This document shows positions 1-11,684 of a stretch of DNA of 64,000 nucleotides, in pieces. Each line of letters opens with the position of its first letter. The stretch's first letter is position 1. The stretch covers positions 7,651,846 through 7,715,845 of the forward strand of contig CM082577.2 in NCBI GenBank assembly GCA_040954595.2, given 5' to 3'. Below the pieces are notes generated by a model. The model saw only the letters and a list, made by a program, of their open reading frames with translations, made no database searches and had not been told where the DNA came from. The position numbers and the translations under genes are program-made. This stretch comes from Balanoglossus misakiensis. Its lineage: Eukaryota; Animalia; Hemichordata.

Positions 1-3000
1 TCCGATACAAACCATCTTGTTGGGTCTATGGTAGGAATTTTCACGTCTACGACATCTGATACTCTCTGTCTGTCTGTGTGTATGTATGTCTGTCCGTCCG
101 TCCGTGCTGTGCTCTTCCTATCGTTCGGTCCACATGTCTGCAATCCCTGACCGCCGCTTTCTACACCCCCCCCCCTCTTTCTCTCTCTCTATTCCCTTCT
201 CCCTCCTCTCTTCCTCTCAGCCGGCTGCTATACAAACATCATCGAGTATGGATGATTGCATTTGTTCGCAATGCGACTGCACGTAATTGATTGTTCATCA
301 ACTTACATTTTCAAAACCACGGTCTGTTCTCGATTATCAACAGTGAGAAACAGTGCTAAAGCAGAAGAATATATTGCATGACGCGTGACTCAAATAATTA
401 ATCTCTTGTTGTTGAACAGGGGATGTGATGGCCTTTTATTTCTCAGTGTTGCTATGCATGAACAGTGTTCCGGCCGTCATCCTCGCACGACCCAGCCAAT
501 GGACTGATCAGTCGGTGCAACGGACGATCAAGAACAAAACTGAATGGGAGCCAGGATCGGTCGTTTCCATGATGGCGTGGATTGACAATTCCACAGAAAG
601 GTCAGGCCACGCTTTAAGAACAATAACATTACTCGCAAAAAAATGACGTTTTTCTATCCGATAGAACACAGTCGCAAGTCAAAATACTTGATTTCGGGAA
701 CTTTGCTGGTTTTATGCAATTTTTGCTACTAATTATGCACCAAGCACTTTTTGGATGTTTCTTTTAAACGTGTCAGGGGGTAATAATGTACACTAAATAG
801 GCCTAAAAGCAATTGAACCGAGATAAGAAGTCTCTCTAACTATATGGCACCAAGAATGCGTGAGGGTAAAACAAGTGTCAGCGGAGCCCCTGGGTATTTT
901 TCCGCTTTAACGGGCGAAAATGATTTGCACTCCTGTTTCTGACATCTTGTGCAACCGTTGAAATTGCAAAATGGTCTCAACAGGTTTGTACATCTCTTTA
1001 ACTTATTTTGGAAAAAAACACCTACTGCACCCACACTGCCAATGTATATCAATTATCCGGTAGTCAATTTTCCCCTGAAACCTTCCAGTTTACTCGTCCA
1101 ATAGAAGGAATAGCCAAATGACCGCGTCTACGTGGTAAAAAATTAATAAAGCGATATATGGAACTTTGGTTACATCGATTATTAATGGAGAGGACAATGA
1201 GTTCGGTTGATGTTAATCTTTAGTATAGTGCGTCCGTGCGTCTGACGAATGAGAGTGTTTTATACCATCTTCAGATTTGTGTGTTTTTGTGCATTTATTA
1301 TATAATGTGCCAAAAATAGTTCCAAAATCACTGGTCAATACCTATTGTCGCCGAAACCGTGTGTCTCAATCAAAGCATACTGACAACGTTCACCTCACAG
1401 GCCTGGAGATTAATTCTCGTATTTTCTCGGGTCTTTCAATAATGCACGAGAATAAACGATGCCCAACTCGACGGCATTTATTGTCCTTTTTTAATCCTCT
1501 TTGAGAGCAGCAAAAGACGGTATTATTTTACAATCGGATGGTGACAAGCTGATGCCCTAACGGATTGACACGAAGGCGGGATTTAGTTTGCCTGCCCGAA
1601 CACCTGCTATTCAATGAGTCGGCCCGATGGGCGGGGATGGGGGGATGGGAGGCTTTGGTGGGATCCGCTCTTTGGTTCACGTTGTAATCTTCATCAATCT
1701 TTCATGGACATTTCCAACTGATCTTTCTCAGCTGGCAATATCCGCCAGTTCACTCGCTCTGTCCTCCTTCCCAACCCCCGCTTTTCCGATTTACATGCAA
1801 GATCCCTATCGATACTTGGCAGGGGAAACCTGGGCGGCATGCATGATGGCGGGCAAGGGGAGAGGGCACAATCTACACTACACTACACTACACTACACTA
1901 CACTACACTACACTACACTACACTACACTACACTACACTACACTACTCTACATTAAACTACACTACACTACACTACACTACACTACACTACACTACACTA
2001 CATTAAACTACACTATACTACACACTTAGTGTACAAGTAAATTTAGTTATGTAGTTCACCCCAATACATGCATTTAAAACCATAAAGGATAGTACAGGCA
2101 ATTAACATGTAAAAACAATAAGCTTATTATTTAGTGGGTGATGCTAAGTTTGAGAACGTTTGTATTGATGGGAAAAAGCAATAATGAATAATCCATTTTT
2201 ATTTATTTTTTCAGTTTTCAGCTACCCAGAATACTCCTGGAAGGTGTAAAGTTCATCCACCCTGATAACCCAATTTTTGCAGATATTTCGTTGGATGAGA
2301 TGGCCCTTCTCGCCCAATATACGGACATGATGTTGTTCGACTATTTGACCGGCAACAACGACAGGTATGCTACGAGTTTTAATACACACACGATCGGAAC
2401 TTCTTTATGATCGTGAAAATAGCATTGAATATATGCAGTTTACATTTCTCTGTTCTGCTTGATTTTTCGTATAAAATGAAATTCGAACATTTTTAGCCCT
2501 TTACCATTATGTCAATGAAGTCTCATATAATTCAGTCGATTTCTACGATATTTATATGCCTTATAACACTAATGAGCAATTCAGTAGATGTAGCGGACCC
2601 ATAATGAACTGTTCAAGGGGAACACTGTATATAATGCTCATATCTAATCACTGACATTTATTTCTGTGTATTTCGTGCATGTATACTTTAGGGTAGTGTA
2701 TCATCTCTTCTATTGGCTGGTGAAAAACGTCACAACGACGTCAGAGACGCATAATCTACAGGTGGACCAATCAAACGCGAAGTTGTGGCTGGTCGACAAC
2801 GAAGTGAGCTTCGGCATCGGGTACGACTTCGTGAAAGACAACGCCTACAACATCAGTTACTTTTTCACCGAGATGCTCCGCTCGGCCTGCATCTTCAGGA
2901 GGGGGACAATCGCGAGGATACTGAGTCTGCGCCGCCAGACGGACACGGCCAAGTTGCTATGGGAGATCCTGGTTACCCATGATGCGCTGGCCGACATCGG

Positions 3001-3184
3001 CCACCCGTGGATGACCTGCCAGGCGGACGATGACGTCAGCTGTCAGATTGAGTGGGCGAGCATGTTGGAACAGAGGATAGACGAAGTGCTGGAGTGGGTA
3101 ACAGCGTGTCAGAGGTCAAGCTATTCAGATCTCAATAGCCTAAGGACTACGACGGAGGACGCCCATCCAACCCTTAACTTCTGA
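1..3184 (+). CDS. Four-jointed (FJX1/Fam20-related) Golgi kinase-like protein, 5'-partial; exons <1-30, 420-600, 2215-2364, 2692-3184
   Basis: GT-AG exons join in frame to give RYKPSCWVYGDVMAFYFSVLL..., W..GSVVSMMAWIDN, LAQYTDMMLFDYLTGNNDR and LWLVDNE..FGIGY. These match four-jointed motifs (QWTDLILFDYLTANFDR, FLDNE). Confidence 0.8.
1873..2025. repeat. (CTACA)n pentanucleotide microsatellite in an intron of the four-jointed-like gene
   Basis: Direct tandem CTACA repeats with a few interruptions. Confidence 0.95.
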
Positions 3185-3458
3185 AAACCCTATACGAGTA
3201 AAATTGAAAGTATTCACATTTCTTTTAGGCTTACGGTGTCGATAATGCAAAAGATATTGCTGAATCAGCATTTTTCACCAATGCCTTTTCTGCTGGTGAA
3301 CATATTCAACGAAGTTTATCTCAAAATTTGAGAACGATGACCATACGATTTCTTTTCGACTACTGAATTTCATTTGGCTTAGCTATAGTGAGAGACATAT
3401 TCCACACGTAGATGTTGATATGCAGAACAATTAATGGATTTCAGTATTGAAGCTATGT

Positions 3459-4741
3459 CTATGAAGTTTTGATCGCGACAACTTCTTCCTCGTGGCCGTC
3501 GAACAACCAAGTATCGCCTTCCCGTCTCGATTCTTTTCTCAAGAAATCCATCACTGTGTCTTGGAAGTCTGCCGGTGCCGTTTTCCGGAAGTGCCTTCTT
3601 TGCATCAAGAAGTCCAGAAGCATGTTTCCGGTTTCCGACGTTTCATCAAAGACTTGCGCGATATCGAACACAAATTCTCGTGGATACATGGCAATTTGCG
3701 ATGTTTTCGTCTCCAGATGGGAACTCACGTCGTCTGACGTAAGCATGTGAGCTTTTCCATCTTCCCTCTGCCGGGATAGGTTGAAAAGTGCACCATAAGA
3801 ACCTGCGTGAGAGACGAATATCATAATCACTTTTCTTGAGAATAGTTTCTATTTGTAATGTATGCCTGCCTCTCTTACTGCCTGCCTGTCAACTATAGGC
3901 CTACTGGACAATTATTCGTGCATGGATACTGTTATAACCCACTTGTTCTTTACATTTTAGTGAAATTGTCCTTTGCATACTGTAACGTGAATAAGAGATA
4001 AAATACTGACACTTTCCCCTTGTCATGGTCACCACCAGCATACCATTCGGCCGAACTTGATCGTACATCAGGTCCAACGCGCGGGTCCATTTTTCCATGT
4101 AGTACAAGCTGTGTCCTGATATCACCAAATGAAACCCGCCCTCACCGGCCTCGCCGTGGCGCTGATCTTCTGCGTACTGCTCGAACCTTTCTGCCCGCCA
4201 GTCGAATCGAACTCCTGGATGTGAACGAACGATTTCCTCGGACCTTGACCTGAAGACATTCAGTGCTTCCTCGGCGGGTTCTACCGCTCTCACGTAAATC
4301 TTCGGGCGATATTGCAGGACTTCTCTGATGATTAGGCTGTCTCGAAAACCTGCAAGGGGTTAAGATAAATAGGGTCTCATAGGAGTCGGACAAATATCTA
4401 ATACACGATCGTACTACCGCGAATTCCCTGATCAACCTCTCCTGCAAGAACTTGAAGCTCCCTCTGGATATAAATCCCTGTTCCTGCAGTAGCCAACACA
4501 CCCATTCACCCGACAAACAGATATTACACCATAGACCATGCAGCCTACCTTCTCCAGAACCAATCGTGAGGATCCGAACTTCTTCTTCTTCAGCTAAATT
4601 GCCCAATGACAACTGACTTACAAGCGATTTCCACTGAGTGTCCCATTCTTGCTGTACATCATCTCCATTTGTAGCCTTTCCAATGAAAGTAGTGAAGACC
4701 TTGAAGTAGTACTCAACGTCTTGATAAATACTCGAAGTCAT
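3459..4741 (-). CDS. Histamine N-methyltransferase-like class I SAM-dependent methyltransferase, copy A; exons 4741-4549, 4349-4011, 3802-3459 (~291 aa)
   Basis: Motif I ILTIGSGEG, then AVEP, FDW, HSLYYM and GNMLLDF align with HNMT. The phase-1 GT-AG junctions join in frame, and the length is close to HNMT. Confidence 0.8.
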
Positions 4742-5498
4742 TGTTTATGGGTATCTGAAAGAAATATACAGTCGTCAAGCTGGACTTGGTTGGAGTTGTT
4801 TAGCCCGATAATGAATCCCTATTCAGGGACCGTTCAGTTTGCCCAGCCATGTGAGGGTCGGTGGATTTGTTTGGTATAGGCCTTAGGCCTATGTCAAAAA
4901 AAGTCCAAGTCACCCTCGCCCCCTCTTCGCTAAAAATATGTTTTTATCGTGAAATACCTTACATTAATCTCGTCATTTTGGCCATGTAGTTGCCCTACGT
5001 GCTACCCGAAAGCGTCACGTTGGCTAACTGACCCCATAGGGTAAGCCATATATGGAACAGTGGTTATTTATAAGCGGGTATGTTTTGATGAGAGAGGCTT
5101 GTGATTATACTCAGCTCTACGAAAGACCTCTCCCGTGCTATTCAAACACACTGTCTTTGTTCAAATGACTATTACCTCTTTTACTGTAATAAATAGAAAA
5201 TTACACGTCTACCAGAGCCCGGTCCACTATGTCACAGTCTTTGAATGTCAGGCTTGTCTTGAAATAAAATGGAGGTTGCTGCCAGATTCGCGAATACGAT
5301 AGTAGATGTTGGGTCAAGCCAGCTGTATTTAAACAGAAAGATCTATGTAGGTCACGGCCATACAATGGGTGAAACGGGCGTTCCTGTACCGGGTGGTACA
5401 GGAACGTAAAGTCTTACCTTGGAATAATGACAGTGCTATACAATCTATTACAGATCACGTGGCATTACAGACACGTCTATCCTCGCAGCGGCAACTCC

Positions 5499-5643
5499 TA
5501 GACTCTCTCACAGCCCCTCTCGCCGTCCAAGCAGGTTTATGGTTAATATGCTACACAACACCATATGGTGCTTCACCTTTGCTAAATGGTTGAGGGCGTG
5601 TCAGTGAAGAGCCTTGTAGCGAACCGTGGGCTGTGAGAGTCTA
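5499..5643. mobile_element. Putative ~145-bp MITE-like element
   Basis: Terminal inverted repeats TAGACTCT(CT)CACAGCCC (5499-5516) and GGGCTGTGAGAGTCTA (5628-5643). Confidence 0.45.
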
Positions 5644-6206
5644 CTAAGGCAACTTCTTCGTGTATCCCAACGCTAAGGTCATTTCATGCTTCAAGGTTCA
5701 CACACACGTGGTCACGTGCCATCGCTGCCATTTGACCTAGTTGTATACATCACGTCACGGGTAGTGGGTCGAGCGAATCTATCCAGACTGGACCGACAGC
5801 ATTCGCGTAGTATTTTGCAGTATTTTAATGAGAAAGAATAAGCTGTATCCAAAATATTTATATGGTCTACAGTATTTTATTTTATTTTCACATTCATATT
5901 TTTTTTTAAATTGGAACATATTCATCCAACAGGCTAAGTGAGAAATAAAAGGGGTGTAGGAAAGCGTCGGCAGAACCAGACTGCATTTTTTTGTTGGCGA
6001 TAGTGACTGTTTTTACAGAATCGTTTTGCACTGGAAATTGTTACTTGAACCAACTCTCACACAACCACCGTGCAACAAATGTTATCCGAAAGAACACAAT
6101 TCCCCCCCCCCCCCCCCGATTTTCTCATGAAACAAAACAGTCAATATATTAAGTGGTCCCTAGTGAGTTGTACCCAGAATAAAGGATTCGGAAATGAAGT
6201 TCTGTT

Positions 6207-7655
6207 TTATGGAGCTTTCATTGCCACAACTTCTTCCTCGTGGCCTTCGAACAACCAAGTATCGCCTTCCCGTTTCGATTCTTTTCTCAAGAAATCCATC
6301 ACTGTGTCTTGGAAGTCTCTCGGTGCGGTTTTCCGGAAGTGCTTTCTTTGCATGATGAAGTCCAGAAGCATGTTTCCGGTTTCCGACGTTTCATCAAAGA
6401 CTTGCGTGATATCGTACAGAATTTCGCGTGGATGCGTAGAAACTTGGGATGTTTTCGTCTTCAGATGTGAACTCACGTCGTCTGAGGTAATCATGTGAGC
6501 TTTTCCGTCTTCCCTCTGCCGGGATATGTCCATAAGTGCACCATAAGGACCTGTGTTAGAGAAGAATATCATAATCACTTATCTTGAGAGAATCTCTCTC
6601 CGTCTGTCTGTCTGTCGGCATGCTCCGTGCCTTTATTATTCAAGTACACTTGTTCACCCTACCATCTCCTCAGCTCTCTCTAAAAAAAATAATGGTTTCG
6701 TCCGCAGAGGATTTTTGTGACACTAAAATTCAATAATCAAGATGAAGAAACCATTGAAGATGCAAATCGGTTTATTGGTTGGCCAAAATCTGCCATGAAT
6801 TGAAAATAAATGTCCAACACATTTTTATATGTTACAATGTAACTTGTCCTGTGCATAACTGTAAATGTGAATAAAAATGATAATACTGACATTTTCCCCT
6901 TACGATGGTCACCACCAGCATACCATTCGGCCGAACTTGATCGTACATCAGGTCCAACGCGCGGGTCCATTTTTCCATGTAGTACAAGCTGTGTCCTGAT
7001 ACCACCAAATGAAACCCGCCCTCACCGGCCTCGCTGTGGCGCTGATCTTCTGCGTACTGCTCGAACGTTTCTGCCCGCCAGTCGAATCGAACTCCGGGAT
7101 GTGAACGAACGATTTCCTCGGACCTTGACCTGAAGACATTCAGTGCTTCCTCGGCGGGTTCTACCGCTCTCACGTAAATCTTCGGGTGATATTGCAGGAC
7201 TTCTCTGATGATTAGGCTGTCTCTAAAACCTGCAAGTGGTTAAGATTATGACAAAACAATATTCTAAAACATCGCTTCTGTGTTCCTCATAGGCCACCGT
7301 TCCTGTACGAAGTGGAATCTCCCCTTAGATTAGGGCATAGGGATCCACGTCCGTTATGGTTGGTCTCATGTGAACAGTTAGGGTTAGGGATTTAGAAGCA
7401 GTGTCGACCCTGTGTTACTCACGCCCCCATTCAACAATGTTCAATGGCAGTCCTACCTTCCCCACACCCAATCGCGAGAATCCGAACTTCTTCGTCTTCG
7501 TGTAACTTGACATCATCCGACACTAACAGACTTACGAGCGATTTCCACTGAGTGTCCCACTCTGTCTGTAAAGGATCTGCATTCGCAGTCTTTCCAATAA
7601 ATGTAGTGAAGGTCTTGAAGTAGTACTCAACATCGTGGTAGATACTCGAGGTCAT
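6207..7655 (-). CDS. Histamine N-methyltransferase-like, copy B; exons 7655-7457, 7229-6891, 6550-6207 (~293 aa)
   Basis: Same three-exon structure and motifs as copy A (ILAIGCGEG, AVEP, HSLYYM, GNMLLDF). The frame is open across the junctions. Confidence 0.8.
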
Positions 7656-10439
7656 GTTTATGGGTAACTGAAAGAAATGAACACACGTCCTTCAACTAGA
7701 ATCGGCGCTGGTAATGAGGTCATGTGTAATTCGTGTATGCTGACTCCCTTGCCCTGCGTAGCCAACAGGTCCGTGTGTTCCCGGCGTTACACCCCTGGTA
7801 CAAAGCGTTCACACGAAAGAGAACGTTCTTCTTTAGTTCTCAGGCCCGATATTAGACCATAATGTTATGGAATAGCGCTCTTGTTATACCTCTGTGTGCT
7901 TAGGGTCACAATCAAAAACTCTTGTATAGGCCTTCAACACCAAACGCCACATGTCAGATATTCTATATGCATAAGTATACAAACGCGGGAAATTTAACCG
8001 CATGTTCATACTCTTGTCCGTCTTTTAGACCTGCGTTCGAAACCTGAAGTCTTACCTGGTATTGACAGAAAACGTACAAGCGTTTAATCTGTGGCAGTCC
8101 TCACGGCATCTGCTAAGAATATCCTCGTATAACGGTATGCATGTACATTGTAGGTATCATGACCTTGAAAGCAATTCAAATTTGAGGGCCATTTCCGTGG
8201 CAACCCGCATTGAACCTCGCTGCGTGTCACGTCTACTGGCCCAGCAACGTACACGCAATGTGCTACAATAATCAAGAAATGTTTTTTTAATACAAAATTA
8301 AAAAAAATAGGAAATTTAAAATGTTTGGTGTATTTTGTTGACTTAATAAACTTAATCACATCATGTAGGTCAAAATTAGATCCCAAAACAACTTATTCCC
8401 CACTATCACTTCATTGCCATCGACACCGTGGTGTGGGCTGTGACCGAGTCCAGAACATCGCAGACTTCAAATTGCACACATGGTACGTGTAGTTCTATCT
8501 GAAGAATAACATATCAACACCCACAGTCTCTCCACCCTCACTACTACTTCATCCGTACCTTATTTCTTGATCTCATTTCAGCGCTAGCTGTCTCCGTGTG
8601 ATTATATTCCCTGTTTCCACCTTGTGACTTTTACGGGTATTTAATGCATTTAGCAATTTCCGCGTAAGCTTATTGATCGTCTCCACTCATTTTTCGGCAC
8701 ATTGTATTTGACAATTTATTGCCATAATTCTCGCGTATGCACTCTTTATCATAATGTTTATCTCGGGTCATGAACTAGAATCATGGTTCCGCCTAACTAC
8801 TCTTTATACAAACCACCTGTGCGCGTGCGTGAAGTGGGCAATACAGCAGGATGTTGTAGCAACTAATATACGCTTTGTCACACCAGACAACAAACGCGTA
8901 GGTGGACAAGGGCTTGTCCGTTTACCTACATTGTCACGTGAAATACATGCATGGGTATAATCAATACATCTGTCCGACGATTCTTGTACCTATATATGGA
9001 AAAACTATAACCAGCGGTAGAATGCGTATCAGCTCGTGCCAATGACATCTTTTATAGGGTTAATGTCGTTCAAAGGCGCTAGATAATTCGTATACATCAT
9101 AGAATACAAGTTCTACTTATTAATACATGCACTAAAATATACCACTACCGATCTGTGGTTAATTTTGCTGGTTGAAATTGTCCCAGTTATACTGGCCATG
9201 TCATGTAAAATAAAGTTTATGAATGAATACTTCTCAACTTAGAAGCAAATTCAACTTTCACAGCAGCACGTCATCGCGGGTGCGCAACGCAACGTACCAT
9301 CTGATACGCGCGTTGTAATCACATGATGCGAAGGCAAGTATCAGTTTGCGACTGTGGTATGGCCTTAATTACCAAGTCCTCAATTTGAAAACAACTGACG
9401 TGGCCTGCAAAATATGCAAGTTCTTTCTTGGCATTAATATCAAATAACCCTATATATTGATTGCGATGTAAAGCGAATATTTTAGCGCCGAGTTTGATCA
9501 TGCTTCAGCCGCAGCTCCGAAAGTTTGCCGACAAGATCGCTTTTATCAATCGAGCCTTGTTTATCAAAAAAGGCAGAAAAAACAGTAAGCGTGCCTGGCT
9601 GGCAAAACCATGAACACCCACTCCGGATATACTCAAATAAATCCCGCCCACACAAAGTACGTGCGTCTATTCACTAAGCATTCTGTGTCACGGAATTGGG
9701 AATTCCCCAACACATACAGTCTGTACCATTATTACAATGGGGTGAAAGGTTTATTTTGACGGGTGAATTTTGATGAAAACTGTGATTCAAGGCAAACGTA
9801 TGCGCAAATGTCTTATCTAAACCTTTCGTGCGAGTTTCAACCGACAAGTACATGCATACAAACATATCGAGGTCATCAAACTATGCGCCAATTTGCCCCC
9901 ACAATTTGTGACATACATGTAATTACCCGTATAAATGGATCTGTCCAGCACAATCCACAGACAATGTGCGATGGTCATAATTTGGTCACTGCTTTAAAGA
10001 ACTTCAAAGCTTCGCTTGGCATAAATGGAGGATTGTCGAGCTCTCTAAGATTTTATTGCGAGTATTAACCAACACTTCAGGTAAGTGATGAGCTGTGGTA
10101 CATGTTTGAAGCAATTCAGTCTTGACTACACGACATGCGCAGAATATGCTGCACGCGTGGAGTGTACGTATTTGATTTGCTGCTTGCGGTCGATCTGACG
10201 CAGTACACGTGCGACAAGCGACCACAGCCCCTCCCCCGCCCGAGACAGACTTAGGAGACAGGTGTTATACGGGGTTAGACTTGTTGTACTGATTGCAATG
10301 CATGGCCTCTCTGTTATAAAATACAGTACGTACGGCGTTGTGGTTATCTTTAGCATCACGCAGAGACATCTCCGACGTGTCAGAATTCTGTTGACCGACA
10401 TCATGCAGAAATATGGCAGTAGCTGCTCTACCACGATGC

Positions 10440-10471
<32 letters not shown>

Positions 10472-11130
10472 AGACAAAATTATGTGCCAATATAATGCTG
10501 CCTAGTTATCATCAATTTAATTAATATTAGGTCTCCAGTCTAAAGAGCATTGCTTGATTTTAACATAAACGGTGATCAAATAGTTACTGTACGGTTCAAA
10601 AGTCATGTCATGGTGCAAGTGATAAATGACTCCGAACGAACAGTCTAGGTCACGTTACAGGAAACACTTCTAACTTTTTTTGTTTTACTTCGGCCAAAAT
10701 TCAAAAGGTGAAAAAAGTATATGATGAGAATTTGATCTATGTCTTTGTTAAAGCAAAACTACGAGTGCGATGTAATTTATAATGCAAGTTGGCTTCTGAG
10801 TTAATGTCAGTTGAGTTTAAATTATGCACGCGCAAATCGAAATAAAGCCAATCACAGATTTTCAGTTGGCAGCACACGCGGAAAAGGTGTGCCATCCGCA
10901 TGGTTAGTCGAACACTTAGACACGCCCTTTGACTTTATATATATGCATATGAAACTTAGAAATGGCCGTATGCATTTCATTGCCATAGTTACTGAGCAAT
11001 TCTCAACCGCGCTCCATGTTTGTGTGTGTATAGGGAATCTATGATGGAAACCAGGAATTAAATCATTGAGCCGAAACTGCTTTCGCAGCTGTTTCATCTG
11101 TTACTGTCGACAATGACAAAAGATCCTGGC

Positions 11131-11145
11131 ACTTTCACTTTCATT
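11131..11145 (-). promoter_or_regulatory. IRF-binding/ISRE-like element upstream of TLR copy A
   Basis: Minus strand reads AATGAAAGTGAAAGT (GAAANNGAAA). Further AANNGAAA motifs lie at ~11258 and ~11349. Confidence 0.5.
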
Positions 11146-11684
11146 GGCATGACGTAATATATGTATTATTCCCACCACGCAGTAGGAAGCTGGATAAACT
11201 CAGTGTATCGGGCAGATGGTAGACTCAATGCACGATCTGTCAAAGGGGTCCCGTGCTAAATGAAACTCTAAAAAGAGTAAACGTTAGTTACTAGTCGGTT
11301 AAATATCACTAGCATGACGAAAGTGCTCATGTACGTAGAATAAATATCAATCGAAACAGTCAGTTTTAAATCAGACGAAACTATTGATATGCTTACTGAT
11401 ATCAGATACGATACGTTTTTGTTCCTGCAAAACTGTGTCATAGTTGTGGAATTTCTTTTGACTCAGAGGTAATGTAAGTGTCATATTTATCTTTCACAGA
11501 TCAAAGTAAGCCCGCATCGATCAGAGGGGTGTGTACTGTTGAAGAAAAGATCCAAAACAGCAGATGCCAGAAAATAACTAAGGTCGTCTGTTCTCGCGAG
11601 AGCATTCAGGGGGCTGTGAACTTTCACCATATCGTCAGCTGGCGAAGCTTTTGAAATCGTCCGGGCTTCTCCTCAACTACAGAA

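Noticed and set aside
1627-1956. ORF ending in LHYTT repeats, and similar FIHS/INQS ORFs at 14790-15087 and 39708-39956
   Set aside because: These are translations of microsatellites.
4005-4020. Apparent non-canonical GA donor in exon 2 of the HNMT-like genes
   Set aside because: A canonical GTCAGT donor a few bases downstream gives the correct phase in both copies.
7377-7395. TTAGGG repeats as an interstitial telomere
   Set aside because: Only two or three units are present, which is common in short repeats.
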